A program made the position numbers and the translations under genes. DNA of 64,000 nucleotides, from the NCBI GenBank assembly GCA_018652625.1, contig JABIBT010000001.1, positions 9,563 to 73,562 of the forward strand, read 5' to 3'. The notes under the pieces were generated by a model. It worked only from the letters and a program-made list of their open reading frames with translations, ran no database searches and was not told where the DNA came from. Numbering within the stretch: position 1 is the first letter of the stretch; each line of letters begins with the position of its first letter. Below, piece after piece: positions 44,322 through 54,690 of this stretch. Source of the stretch: Candidatus Woesearchaeota archaeon (GTDB taxonomy: Archaea > Nanobdellota > Nanobdellia > SCGC-AAA011-G17 > PNOQ01).

Positions 44322-45662
44322 TTATTTCAACTCCAATGCTTGTGAATCATTTAACATATGAACTGTTTTCCCCAATTTGTAACCCATATCCTCACACATT
44401 TCAATCAATCCTTTCATGTGTTCGTGTGTACCTTGACAAGGTATTACATTTTCCGGTTTAAAGATTTTTAACATATCTCTCATATCCTCTCTATAAATGT
44501 GCCCACTTGCGTGCACATCCAAAAATAGTCTAGCTTTTTTCTTTTTCAATCTGTCTTCCATCAATCTTCTATTTTCCAAATTTGGAGTGACCGGAATTGT
44601 TTTAGTAGAAAAAATCACATGATCATCTTGAACAAATTTAAACGGTAAGCTTCCAGTACTCATCCTAGTCAAAATGGCTCCGGGCTCAGCTTGGTTCCCA
44701 GTACAAAGTATCAAATATTTATCTCTGCCCCTCTTCTCAATTTCTTTCAATTTCTTCTCAACTTGTCTCGCATAACCGAGAATTTCAACATTTTTAGAAA
44801 AACTAACCAACCCCACTTTTTCAGCAGTTGTTACATACTTATGCATACTTCTACCCATCATAATAACTTTTCTATTCAGTTTTCTTCCAAACTCTATTGC
44901 ACTATGTAACCTAGCTAGTTGACTAGCAAACGTGGTAACAATCATTGCATGACCTTCCCCGTGAGTTCCCAACATAACATCCTTCAACATCTCTCTAGCA
45001 ACCATCTCAGAAGGAGTTTTTCCAGAAGTACCAGCATACAAAGTATCCATAATCAAAGCCTTAACTCCCCTATTTCCAATGCTTTTCATTCTTCTATAAT
45101 CAGGAGAGTCCCACAAAACAGGATTATTATCTAATTTGAAATCATTACCATATACAATTGCACCTTCTCTCGTATGCACAACAATCAAAACTGTATGTGG
45201 AGTAGAATGTGTAACATGTAAAAGTTCAACTTCTAAATTCTTAGATATTTTATATTTTTTTCTACCAATTAATTCGACAAATTCATTTGGTATTCTAATT
45301 CTTTCATCCTTAAGTAAAGTTTTCAAAACAGCCAAGGTATACGGAGAACCAATAACTGGGCAATTATACTTTTCTGCCAAATAAGGAATAGCACCAATAT
45401 GGTCCAAATGGCAGTGACTTGCAACAATAGCTTTGACTTTATCCTTCAAAGAATCCAAACAAGTATCATCAGGAATAGCACCAAGTCTTTTCAAACCTGC
45501 CGGGGTTAAATTTCTTCTATCCCCCCCTTCTTCTTCAAATGATATTAATTTTGGTAAAAAGAATCCCATATCAAAAATAACAATTTCGTCATCAACCTGA
45601 ACGGCAGTCATATTCTTACCAACTTCATTAAAACCACCGACCGGAAAAACTCTAATGTCCAT
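44322..45662 (-). CDS. rnj: Archaeal RNase J (beta-CASP metallo-beta-lactamase)
   Basis: 446 aa. HCHLDHIGA and further beta-lactamase/beta-CASP His/Asp motifs. The size fits aRNase J rather than aCPSF1. Confidence 0.8.
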   Translation of the reverse strand: MDIRVFPVGGFNEVGKNMTAVQVDDEIVIFDMGFFLPKLISFEEEGGDRRNLTPAGLKRLGAIPDDTCLDSLKDKVKAIVASHCHLDHIGAIPYLAEKYNCPVIGSPYTLAVLKTLLKDERIRIPNEFVELIGRKKYKISKNLEVELLHVTHSTPHTVLIVVHTREGAIVYGNDFKLDNNPVLWDSPDYRRMKSIGNRGVKALIMDTLYAGTSGKTPSEMVAREMLKDVMLGTHGEGHAMIVTTFASQLARLHSAIEFGRKLNRKVIMMGRSMHKYVTTAEKVGLVSFSKNVEILGYARQVEKKLKEIEKRGRDKYLILCTGNQAEPGAILTRMSTGSLPFKFVQDDHVIFSTKTIPVTPNLENRRLMEDRLKKKKARLFLDVHASGHIYREDMRDMLKIFKPENVIPCQGTHEHMKGLIEMCEDMGYKLGKTVHMLNDSQALELK

Positions 45663-45912
45663 ATGAGTCTAAACTTCAAGAACAGTGTTTAAATAGCTTT
45701 CCATCAATAATATACAGTTCAATTTCGAAAGGTTTTTAAATGAAAATTCCCAAATGAAGGCATGTCAATCATACTACAGTCAATACATAATTTATTGTTA
45801 GCAATACAGGGGCCTGCAAACGAATTAGTGGTTATGTTTCCAGGAACATTGTTAACATTTACTTTAGTCAGTGTCATGATTAGGAAGAAAATTGTTAATT
45901 TTTTATGGTCTT

Positions 45913-46257
45913 TTAAAAAGTAACTTTGTCACCAATTTTTAAAATATTTTCGCCTTTATTCATTTCAATAGCGTATTTAGCAGATTTTTTTGGAGCAATA
46001 TATGATTGAAACGGTTTAGCATCTCTAACATCAACAACCTTTTTATTAGAATCTAAAAAAATAATATCTAAAGGAAAGAATACAAAAAACATACCAATAA
46101 CAGAACCAAACCTAGGTTCAAAATCATCAACTAAAATAAGACTCCTTCCCTTTTTTAGTTTTTTAGAAAACATTAACCCTTTCGTTTTAGAAAAAAAACT
46201 CTCACAATACCTTGCTTTAGAAACCACTTCTCCATTTAATTTAATATTCACGCCCAC
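45913..46257 (-). CDS. DUF192-family protein
   Basis: 114 aa. The pattern GLMF...L.......F.M....PLDIIFLD..KKVV matches COG1430/DUF192. Confidence 0.65.
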   Translation of the reverse strand: MGVNIKLNGEVVSKARYCESFFSKTKGLMFSKKLKKGRSLILVDDFEPRFGSVIGMFFVFFPLDIIFLDSNKKVVDVRDAKPFQSYIAPKKSAKYAIEMNKGENILKIGDKVTF

Positions 46258-47180
46258 TTTTTTACCTTAAAATAAACGCTCATTGAAATAACAGAAATAA
46301 GCATAATCAACAAAGGAATATAAAATCCAAATTGGCTATCAAAAAACGGAATATTGGCAAAGTTCATTCCCCAAATCCCAGATATTAACATAGGTAACAA
46401 CAACAAAGAAGCAACAACCGTAAAGCCCCTCATAATATCATTCAATTTATTTGAAACAGAACTCATATACATCTCCATCGCTCCAGTAAGTCTTTCTCTC
46501 AATAGTTCAGTAATTGAAACCACTTGGTCGGTTTCAATTTTTAATTCAGACAACCAATTATTATTTTTTTCTTTTATATATTTAGAATATCCTCCAGAGA
46601 TTAAGTCAACCAAATTTCTATTTGTATTTAGAGCTCTTCTGAGGTGCATAACTTTTCCTTTAAGATCAAAAATTTTTGATGGTTTATCCATCTTTCCATC
46701 TAAAATATCATCTTCTAACTGATCAATTTCATCTTCCAACCTATCTAACTCAGTATGGTACCTTTTATTTACATATGAAGAAATTCTAAAAAATAAATAA
46801 GTTAGACCATTAGAGAAAAATTCCTTTCCTTCTTTTCCGCCCAATAATTCATATAAATCCTCAAGTGCACAAATCTTCTTTTTATGAACTGTAACTATCA
46901 TTTTATTACTAATAAAAATTCCAAAAGGAGTATACCTTCTCTTAGGACCAAGTGCTCTCAATATTATCATAGAATATCCTTTCCTATTGATTATTCTTGG
47001 TAGAGATTCTTGATCTAAAGACTTCTGCAAATCACTAACATAAATTCCGGTTAGCTTACAAATTTTTTTTAATTCTAAAGCATCCGGATTAGAAGAATCA
47101 ATCCACATTTTATCTCCTGAATTAAAAGGTGACAAAGACTTCTTTACAACTCTTTTTGAATATATCAAAGACCTAATCAT
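46248..47180 (-). CDS. corA: Magnesium/cobalt transporter CorA
   Basis: 310 aa. The GMNF signature (GIWGMNFANIP) sits before the last TM helix. Confidence 0.85.
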   Translation of the reverse strand: MIRSLIYSKRVVKKSLSPFNSGDKMWIDSSNPDALELKKICKLTGIYVSDLQKSLDQESLPRIINRKGYSMIILRALGPKRRYTPFGIFISNKMIVTVHKKKICALEDLYELLGGKEGKEFFSNGLTYLFFRISSYVNKRYHTELDRLEDEIDQLEDDILDGKMDKPSKIFDLKGKVMHLRRALNTNRNLVDLISGGYSKYIKEKNNNWLSELKIETDQVVSITELLRERLTGAMEMYMSSVSNKLNDIMRGFTVVASLLLLPMLISGIWGMNFANIPFFDSQFGFYIPLLIMLISVISMSVYFKVKKWA

Positions 47181-47261
47181 TACATATAATCTTGAAAAAT
47201 TAATTTTTAAATGTTTCTATCTTCCATAAGGCTTTTAAGTTAATCGATACTAATCAAATAT

Positions 47262-47378
47262 ATGGATGAAAACAAAGAGGAAAGTATATACAGCGACGAA
47301 GTTGTAGAAAAAAAAGTTGATGATGATGAACTTGATTCAGAAGAAGCAGGTTTCATGCAAGGCTACAACGAAGAATAA
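47262..47378 (+). CDS. Small acidic peptide (38 aa), not in ORF track
   Basis: Own translation: MDENKEESIYSDEVVEKKVDDDELDSEEAGFMQGYNEE. No family recognised; coding status uncertain. Confidence 0.25.
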   Translation: MDENKEESIYSDEVVEKKVDDDELDSEEAGFMQGYNEE

Positions 47379-47544
47379 AAATCAACAAAACCATCAATTC
47401 TAATAGACACCTTAATCTAAAAATATTGGCGTCAGAGCAAGAGACGAACAATCCTAAAACCATTCTTAAGTCAACCGAAATCAACAAATCTCAAGTTGCT
47501 CCGCCAATACAATAAGAACGAGACTATAAAATATAAAAAACTAT

Positions 47545-48144
47545 CTATTCTGCAGTAAAATCATCAATACTATATTTAAAATCTTTATCAGATTTTATCA
47601 TTCCTTTATTTTTCATATATTCTTTTGCCAGAATCCAAAATAAAATCGCCAAGCTTTTTTTACCTTTATTGTTACAAGGAACAACTAAATCAATATTAGC
47701 ACATTCATTATTAGTATCACAAAAAGCAATAACAGGAATTCCTAATTTAGCTGCGTCTTCAACTGCATTTTTATCTGGCCAAGGATCACTAACCACAATT
47801 AATTTGGCTTCAATAAAATCCTCTAAGTCCGCGTTAGTAAGCAAACCTGGAGGGTATCTACCTATGATAACATTTATTCCAGTACTTTTAGAAAATAATT
47901 TTGTTGGTTTCCAACCATTTTCTCTCCTACATACAACCAATATATCTTTAGGATCAAATTGGCTTAACAAATTTATAGCATTCTTTATCCTATCATTTAT
48001 TTGTTCAACATTTAAAACAGATAATCCATCAGAACGAACCTTGTAAATAAACTTAGACATAAACTTAGTTCTGAGTTTGGTTCCTATGTGGATTCCAGCT
48101 TTCAAGTAATCATCAAGCTCAACTAGTAATTGCTTTTCTTCCAT
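47545..48144 (-). CDS. rps2: 30S ribosomal protein S2 (uS2)
   Basis: 199 aa. GIHIGT, typical archaeal S2. Confidence 0.93.
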   Translation of the reverse strand: MEEKQLLVELDDYLKAGIHIGTKLRTKFMSKFIYKVRSDGLSVLNVEQINDRIKNAINLLSQFDPKDILVVCRRENGWKPTKLFSKSTGINVIIGRYPPGLLTNADLEDFIEAKLIVVSDPWPDKNAVEDAAKLGIPVIAFCDTNNECANIDLVVPCNNKGKKSLAILFWILAKEYMKNKGMIKSDKDFKYSIDDFTAE

Positions 48145-48180
48145 AGAGTATTTGGCAAAATTATCTATTTATAAAACTTT

Positions 48181-49125
48181 TTATTTAATCAGCTTTTTAA
48201 TGACTTTAATAGAGTTTTTTGTAGCAGAAGAGCCTTTTCTAATAATACTTGGAACACTACCAAAGTCAAATTTAGATATCCCAATTAAGTCGGGTTTTAT
48301 GACATAATCGGCATTTAACAAAGAATATTTACTCAGTTCATTAACCATAATACTAAAAGAATTTGAAGTAATCCTAAGCAATTTGGGCCCCTTTAGCTTA
48401 TGTCTTTTAAAGAAGCCGACTATTTTTTCAGGGTGTTCTAAAATATTTTTAATAATCCAGGGAAGGTTTTTCTTCTTAGCAACATATTTATTGATTTCTT
48501 CGATCTCTTGTTCTATCATTTTTTTTTCAATTTTCTTTAGAAACTTTTTACTTTTTTCAGTTTTCGAGCTTACAATAACATCTTTCAAAGGAACAGATAA
48601 ATCTACAGCAATTACAATATCTGCACCCATGCTTTTTACTATATCTACAGGAACGGGATCTACAACTCCTCCATCAACCAACACCCTTCCATTATATTCA
48701 TGAGGAACAAAAATACTAGGTAAGGAAATACTAGCTCTAAGAGAACTTGCAACATCTCCTTTCTTAAAAATAACTTTTTCTCCCTTATAGACATCGGCAG
48801 CAACTACTCGTAATGGGATTCTTAAATCTTTAAATTTTTTATTCTTTAACAAAACTCTCAAAAAAGTTTCAATTTTATCTCCAGAAAGTATCCCTTTATC
48901 AGGCAAAGTAAAATCAACTAAGTTTTCCCACTTAGTTGTCAAAGCAATCTTCTTCAAATCTTTTATTGGCATTCCAGAAGAATATAAGGCAGCAACGACC
49001 GCACCCATACTAGTACCAGACAAATAATCAATTTTAATATTATTTTTTTCTAAAACCTCTAAAATCCCAATATGTGCCAAACCTTTTGCTGTTCCCCCTC
49101 CCAAAGCTAAACCTACTTTTTTCAT
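48181..49125 (-). CDS. Patatin-like phospholipase
   Basis: GGGTAKGLAHIG oxyanion motif, GTSMGA (GxSxG), and the catalytic Asp in VDGGV. Confidence 0.85.
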   Translation of the reverse strand: MKKVGLALGGGTAKGLAHIGILEVLEKNNIKIDYLSGTSMGAVVAALYSSGMPIKDLKKIALTTKWENLVDFTLPDKGILSGDKIETFLRVLLKNKKFKDLRIPLRVVAADVYKGEKVIFKKGDVASSLRASISLPSIFVPHEYNGRVLVDGGVVDPVPVDIVKSMGADIVIAVDLSVPLKDVIVSSKTEKSKKFLKKIEKKMIEQEIEEINKYVAKKKNLPWIIKNILEHPEKIVGFFKRHKLKGPKLLRITSNSFSIMVNELSKYSLLNADYVIKPDLIGISKFDFGSVPSIIRKGSSATKNSIKVIKKLIK

Positions 49126-50258
49126 TTTATTTTCCTCAACCGACTATACTTAGCTACTCTCTCTTTACCATAAACTCCACTTTTTAAAAAATCTCCACCA
49201 AAAATATAACATAAATCAGAAAGAAAATCCTCTTTAGTCTCTCCAGACCTATGAGAAAAAATGATTTTAATCTTATTTAATTTACAATATTCAACAACTT
49301 TCTTAACTTCAATTAAAGAACCAATTTGGTTAGGTTTTACAATAACTCCATCAACCTTAGATCTCTTAACTCTCTCAAAATTAGTAACAGTCAAATCATC
49401 TCCAACTACCAAACAACCCCTAACTTTTTTTCTTAGTTCTTTAAAACCATCAAAATCCTCCTCGTGTAAAGGGTCCTCCAAATATCCAATTTTATATTTT
49501 TTAACTAAATGAACCAAATAATTGATTTGTTCATCTTTATCTAAAGAAACTTTCTTCTTATTGAAGGAATAATTCTTATAGTGATATTTTCCATTTTTAA
49601 AAAAAGACGAAGCAGCAACATCCAATCCAATCCTAATTCCATATCCTAATTTATAAGACAATTCATCTGTTGCTTTTTTTAGTATATCCAAGACTTTCAA
49701 ATTGCTAAAATTAGTAACCAACGCGTCCTCGTCATTTCTTTCTTTAATTTTTAAATTTTTAACTAAATATAAATAAACTGCTTGATTCACTTTAACTCTT
49801 GTAACAAAATCTTTACAGTTTTCAACATACACTAAAAACTCCTGAAAATCTGGTTTTAACCTACCTTTAGTATGCAATCCTCCTCCCAAAACATTCCCTA
49901 AAGGAATTGGCAATTTTCTATATCCAGAATTAAATTTCATGTAAGGCTTTTTGAAATTTTTTAAAATGGCATACTCCAAAGCAACATTAGGATTAGAACC
50001 AAAGTCAAAAACTTTCTCTACTTTTTTTAAATCATCAAACTTATTTATTTCTATTCCTTTTAACATATCAAAAGAATTTATTTTTTTAATCACTTGATTT
50101 AAATTTCCTTTATAATATTTTTTTTCATATTTTCCTTTACTTTTTCCAGTTGGAGCAGAAGCCTTAGATTTACCAATATCGGACTTTACTGTAATTTCAA
50201 TACTATCTTCATTTCTAGAATTTTTTATCTTCTTGGCACTAATCTCTTTTATAATCAT
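49122..50258 (-). CDS. eno: Enolase (short, divergent)
   Basis: 378 aa. LDVAASSFF, YLEDP, VGDDLTVTN, KPNQIGSL, SHRSGETKEDF. The N-terminal loop is diverged. Confidence 0.8.
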   Translation of the reverse strand: MIIKEISAKKIKNSRNEDSIEITVKSDIGKSKASAPTGKSKGKYEKKYYKGNLNQVIKKINSFDMLKGIEINKFDDLKKVEKVFDFGSNPNVALEYAILKNFKKPYMKFNSGYRKLPIPLGNVLGGGLHTKGRLKPDFQEFLVYVENCKDFVTRVKVNQAVYLYLVKNLKIKERNDEDALVTNFSNLKVLDILKKATDELSYKLGYGIRIGLDVAASSFFKNGKYHYKNYSFNKKKVSLDKDEQINYLVHLVKKYKIGYLEDPLHEEDFDGFKELRKKVRGCLVVGDDLTVTNFERVKRSKVDGVIVKPNQIGSLIEVKKVVEYCKLNKIKIIFSHRSGETKEDFLSDLCYIFGGDFLKSGVYGKERVAKYSRLRKIK

Positions 50259-50290
50259 AATCTAAAAATTAAAATTCAAATATATAAATA

Positions 50291-50863
50291 TTACTCTTCT
50301 CTTAGTTTTGCTTTTTCCATTGCTTCTCTAACTTCTTCTAAATTTTCACCGTTATATCTAATGACTTGTTCATGACTATATCCTTCATTTTCTTTACTGG
50401 CCGGCATTATAACTAAGCCTCTTTTTCTCCAACCAAGCCATCTTTCAACATATCCTGTAAAATCATCTACAAGAATTTTTCCATAAATCAATCCTTTATC
50501 CCTAGTCATAGTGACATCTTGATCTTCTCCCAAATTTCTATCAATCCACTTTTTTTTACCCGACCAAGCATACGGGTTTTTTCTTGGTCCTTGAGTCAAA
50601 ATCATTGTTCTATACCCCAACTCTTTAGCAACCTCAAGAATATCCCATCCCAATTGGAACCTAGGTAAATTCTCCCACCAATCCTCAGATCTTCTTATTA
50701 AATCAGAACGTTTTTTTATATACTCTGGAGCATTACTTCTTATTGGCGGATGAAAAGTAGGTTCATCTGAGGATCTTAATTCTTCTAATTTTTCAAATAA
50801 TCCAGCATCATAATCACACAAAGTACCATCCATATCAAAAAGAGCAATATTTTCTAATTTCAT
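50291..50863 (-). CDS. HAD-superfamily hydrolase, 5'(3')-deoxyribonucleotidase-like (tentative)
   Basis: FDMDGTLCDY motif I, TQGP, ILVDDF. Overall resemblance to NT5C-type nucleotidases. Confidence 0.5.
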   Translation of the reverse strand: MKLENIALFDMDGTLCDYDAGLFEKLEELRSSDEPTFHPPIRSNAPEYIKKRSDLIRRSEDWWENLPRFQLGWDILEVAKELGYRTMILTQGPRKNPYAWSGKKKWIDRNLGEDQDVTMTRDKGLIYGKILVDDFTGYVERWLGWRKRGLVIMPASKENEGYSHEQVIRYNGENLEEVREAMEKAKLREE

Positions 50864-50916
50864 CTTAAAATCAGAAAAGAATTTTAATATATAAAACTAA
50901 TGAAAAAAGAAAAAAA

Positions 50917-51108
50917 TTAAGGCATAGGCCTTTTAATGGTTATAGGTAAAATACCTTTCTCAAATTCTAACATTGCTATTTTGATAGGATTATAATTTAA
51001 TCCAGTCAATTCAGATTTACCCAGTTTCAACAACAAAGGTGCACCCATACTCAATTGCAATGCTCTTGCTCCAATAATTCTAGCTTTTTCATACTTTGTT
51101 AGTTTCAT
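50917..51108 (-). CDS. rpoK: DNA-directed RNA polymerase subunit K (Rpo6)
   Basis: 63 aa. LTKYEKARIIGARALQLSMGAP. Confidence 0.9.
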   Translation of the reverse strand: MKLTKYEKARIIGARALQLSMGAPLLLKLGKSELTGLNYNPIKIAMLEFEKGILPITIKRPMP

Positions 51109-51872
51109 TTCAAAACCTTCCTTATTTCAGCAGATTTCTTAACAGCTAAACCAATCATTTCATCAACTTGGTCTATTTCCAAACCAACATTTCCACCTTT
51201 TTGCATGGCATGTATATCTCCTTTTTCAGATACAGATACACTAATTCTTGCATCAAAGTTTTTTTCTTCTTCTAAAATTGGATCAACCATTGATTTTCCA
51301 CCAATATTAACAACTGTACAAGTTACTGGCATCAAATTTAAAGGTATTTTTGTCTTTGTAAAATCTCCATAGACAATTTTATCTCCATTTAATTTAGGGA
51401 ACACTGCACTTTTTAAAGCAGCAGTAGCAGCCAAAGAAGCAGCATCTATCAGATTTCCATCATTATTTAATGGATAGATATCAACAAATACAATCCAAAC
51501 TAACTCTCCTTTTCTGACACATAACTTTTTAGTGTCAAGCATCTTACTTTCCCTAATTCCTCTATCAACAACCCTTGCTAATTCTATAGCTTCTGGACCA
51601 GGTGGTCCGGATAAAAACTCTGGGTCCGCCATAGGACTAAGTTCAGCACCAGTAATCAAAACCCCATCTTCCGGACTATCCGGATAAGGTTCACCAATTG
51701 CCATCTTAACTCCTACAAAAACTTCTGTTTCTCCCCATGTAACCTTGGCAGAACCTTCAGCTTTATTAGAAACACCCAATTCAATTTTAATTGGTTTTCT
51801 TAATTCATCGAATTTTCTTCCATCCGTTCTAGCATCTTTATCTGCTAATGTCTCAACATAACTTTTACTCAT
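51105..51872 (-). CDS. rrp42: Exosome complex component Rrp42
   Basis: RNase PH-like. RTDGRKFDELR. Follows rrp41 with a 4-nt overlap. Confidence 0.9.
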   Translation of the reverse strand: MSKSYVETLADKDARTDGRKFDELRKPIKIELGVSNKAEGSAKVTWGETEVFVGVKMAIGEPYPDSPEDGVLITGAELSPMADPEFLSGPPGPEAIELARVVDRGIRESKMLDTKKLCVRKGELVWIVFVDIYPLNNDGNLIDAASLAATAALKSAVFPKLNGDKIVYGDFTKTKIPLNLMPVTCTVVNIGGKSMVDPILEEEKNFDARISVSVSEKGDIHAMQKGGNVGLEIDQVDEMIGLAVKKSAEIRKVLK

Positions 51873-52573
51873 TTTCCTGCCCCCTTATACTTATCCTTCA
51901 AGGCTTTCACTTGCAGCTTCTTAATACTCTGAACTGCTTTCTTGCCCATTTCTAAGGCTTCTTTAATTTCTTTCTGTGTCATATTTCCATCCATTTGCAA
52001 CAATGTAATTTTTCCAGATCTAGGTAAAACAGCGATTGGTAAATCAGTTGCTCCGTCCTTATAATCTTCTTCTTCTTTAGTTAGGTCAACACAGATTTTG
52101 TCTCCAACTTTTCCTACAGCTACACTGCAAACCAAGTCTTTCATTGGGGCACCTGCATCAGCCAAAGCCAAAGCAGCAGCGTTTATCCCCGCAGTTCTTG
52201 TTCCTGCATCTGCTTGGAGGATATTAACATATATGTCAAATCCAGTATTTCCAAATTTGCTCAAGTCCACAACTGGGAACAAAGCACTTTCAGTAACTCT
52301 AGAAATTTCATTACTTCTCCTTGTTGGACCAGGTCTTTTTCTTTCAGTAACAGAAAAACTCATCATGTCATAATGGCATCTCAAAAGTCCTCTGCTAGGA
52401 TTCTGTAAAAAAGACGGAAATACATCTCTTGGTCCATAAACTGCAGCTATTGCAATTGTATTTCCCATTTTAAACATGGCACTTCCGGTAGCTCTTTTTA
52501 TTATTCCTACTTTAGCTTCCATCGGCCTTATTTCATCAAATTTTCTTCCATCAAATCTCTTTGCATACGTCAT
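51869..52573 (-). CDS. rrp41: Exosome complex exonuclease Rrp41
   Basis: RFDGRKFDEIRPM, GSAMFKMGNT. RNase PH fold motifs. Confidence 0.92.
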   Translation of the reverse strand: MTYAKRFDGRKFDEIRPMEAKVGIIKRATGSAMFKMGNTIAIAAVYGPRDVFPSFLQNPSRGLLRCHYDMMSFSVTERKRPGPTRRSNEISRVTESALFPVVDLSKFGNTGFDIYVNILQADAGTRTAGINAAALALADAGAPMKDLVCSVAVGKVGDKICVDLTKEEEDYKDGATDLPIAVLPRSGKITLLQMDGNMTQKEIKEALEMGKKAVQSIKKLQVKALKDKYKGAGK

Positions 52574-52574
52574 T

Positions 52575-53276
52575 TTATTTACTCTCCTTCTTCAAAAATT
52601 CACTAATTTTATCAGTTAGTCCTTCTCCGTGAGCCTCTTTTTCAACTTGTCTAATTGCTTTAACAGCTAGTAGTTGTTTATCTGGCTCACCTCCAGAAAT
52701 CCATACATACCCATTTTGCCCAACGACAATAAAACAATCTGTATGTTCTTTTATCAAAGAGATCATACTTCCTTGTTTTCCAATAATTCTTGGAACTCTT
52801 GTAGGTTGAACTTTTATAAGTCTTCCATTACTTAACTTTCTTGTTCCAGGTACTTTCATGCTGGCATCAATAATTTTGCTTCCAACAACTTTAGTAATCT
52901 TGCAAGCAACATAGTCTCCAAAGGTGTAATATTGCCTTAAGTCTGCTCCATTTGGAATAAATTCTCTGCTTCCATCTCTTAATGGTATTGTAGCAAAGAA
53001 TGGCCATCCAAAATCAACTCTCCAACCATACATTCCTATATCAACTACCTTTCCAACAATAGTATCTCCATCTTTAGGTAAGTATTTACCACCTAAAGGA
53101 ACAACTTTCAAAAGTCTATTATCTATATGTGCTAATCCAACTTTTAAAGATAAAATTTTATCATCTTCTCTAAATGCCCCTTCTCCGGGCAAATTGTCCA
53201 TTCCTTCAGCTAGTTCTTCTCCTGGAACAACCAGCTGTCTTTCTTCTATTAATATTTTTCCCATTTTTTCCTCCAT
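52575..53276 (-). CDS. rrp4: Exosome complex RNA-binding protein Rrp4 (S1 + KH)
   Basis: GDTIVGKVVDIGMYGWRVDFG (S1) and RVPRIIGKQGSMI (KH). Confidence 0.9.
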   Translation of the reverse strand: MEEKMGKILIEERQLVVPGEELAEGMDNLPGEGAFREDDKILSLKVGLAHIDNRLLKVVPLGGKYLPKDGDTIVGKVVDIGMYGWRVDFGWPFFATIPLRDGSREFIPNGADLRQYYTFGDYVACKITKVVGSKIIDASMKVPGTRKLSNGRLIKVQPTRVPRIIGKQGSMISLIKEHTDCFIVVGQNGYVWISGGEPDKQLLAVKAIRQVEKEAHGEGLTDKISEFLKKESK

Positions 53277-53279
53277 ATA

Positions 53280-53981
53280 TTACTTCATTTCTTTTGATTC
53301 AATCTGACCGTGAGCTATATTATTCAAATCATTAAATAATCCTTCCTGCAATCCTGCAGGAACCTCTACATTTACAGATAATCTTCCATCCCCTAACCAT
53401 TCTTCTTTCAGAATTTTAGAATATTTTTTTATTATTCCAAAACTTCTTCCAGATGCATCGGCAGGGATAACTAAGTTTAATTTTTTTATTTCATAAGAGA
53501 TAGGTAAAATTTCTTTCAATTCAGAAATTATAGATTCTACCTGTCCCTCGGCTGATTTAAACTCTTCTATTTTTACTTTCCTTTCATCCATTACAGATTC
53601 AATTCTTTCTAAAGGGTGTGGTAAATTGTTTTGAGGATTTACAGCATATTGAGAAATTATAAAAGCAATTTTTTTCTTTTTCTCTTCTCTTAACTTACTT
53701 TTATACTCCGTAGTTAACTGTATTTCTCCTTTCTTCAAAATAACTTCAGCAACTGCTCTTTTGTCATCTGTTCCAAAAATATTTACTAAATCGGTTTCTG
53801 ATGCATGTTCTCCTTTTTTTATATCTTTAAAAACAGCATCTGTAACCAATGCTTCATCTAATTCAGCATCTCCCCTTTTATATTGCATTGCTTTTTCACA
53901 ATTTACCAAGATTTCAAAACTATGTTCTTGTTTTTTCAATCTTGCCGTTACACTATTTTCTACATTACTCATTTTTGACAT
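53280..53981 (-). CDS. sdo1: Ribosome maturation protein SBDS/Sdo1
   Basis: 233 aa. FEILVNCEKAMQYKRG N-terminal FYSH-type domain. Canonical position between psmA and rrp4. Confidence 0.85.
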   Translation of the reverse strand: MSKMSNVENSVTARLKKQEHSFEILVNCEKAMQYKRGDAELDEALVTDAVFKDIKKGEHASETDLVNIFGTDDKRAVAEVILKKGEIQLTTEYKSKLREEKKKKIAFIISQYAVNPQNNLPHPLERIESVMDERKVKIEEFKSAEGQVESIISELKEILPISYEIKKLNLVIPADASGRSFGIIKKYSKILKEEWLGDGRLSVNVEVPAGLQEGLFNDLNNIAHGQIESKEMK

Positions 53982-54685
53982 TTCCTAATGTACTCCTTAG
54001 TCAACCTCTTAAATTTCTTATCACTAGTTCCAATAGAACACCCATCTAATCTATCCAAATTGAAATCTTTTCCAAGAACTTTTTTCAAAGCATTTGTAGC
54101 TAATTTAACTCCTTCAACTAAAGAAAGGTTATCCTTATAATTTTTTGATAAAATTTCCTTTAATTCGTCCTCAAATTCTCCAATAGCTGTTGCTTTGTAT
54201 TCCCAATGTATTCCCGTAGGATCAGTCAAAAATAATTGTGGACCGTCGTTAACTCCTGCAAACAATAAAGAAACTCCAAACGGTCTAGCTCCACCATATT
54301 GTGTGTAAGCTTGTTTCATGTTAGAAACTTCTTTAACTAAAGAGTGAGGTTCCATAGGTTCATCATAAGCAACCCTATATTGTTGAGCAATAACTTGAGC
54401 CTTCTCAATCAAAATTCTTGCATCACTCATAATACCCGATGCGGCTGCAGCAATATGTTCATCAACTTGAAAAACCTTTTCTACACTATTTACCACTATC
54501 AATTTATCTATAACTCTCTTATCTGCTAAAAGCAAAACGCCGTCTTTACAAACAATTCCCAAAACAGGAGTTCCTTGTTTTACTGTTTTTTTAGCATACT
54601 CTACTTGTAATAATCTTCCATCAGGACTAAACATTGTACTAGCCCTGTCATATCCCATCATTTGATGTTGAACTGATTCTTGCAT
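53969..54685 (-). CDS. psmA: Proteasome subunit alpha
   Basis: YDRASTMFSPDGRLLQVEYA alpha-subunit signature. Confidence 0.95.
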   Translation of the reverse strand: MQESVQHQMMGYDRASTMFSPDGRLLQVEYAKKTVKQGTPVLGIVCKDGVLLLADKRVIDKLIVVNSVEKVFQVDEHIAAAASGIMSDARILIEKAQVIAQQYRVAYDEPMEPHSLVKEVSNMKQAYTQYGGARPFGVSLLFAGVNDGPQLFLTDPTGIHWEYKATAIGEFEDELKEILSKNYKDNLSLVEGVKLATNALKKVLGKDFNLDRLDGCSIGTSDKKFKRLTKEYIRKCQK

Positions 54686-54690
54686 TTATA

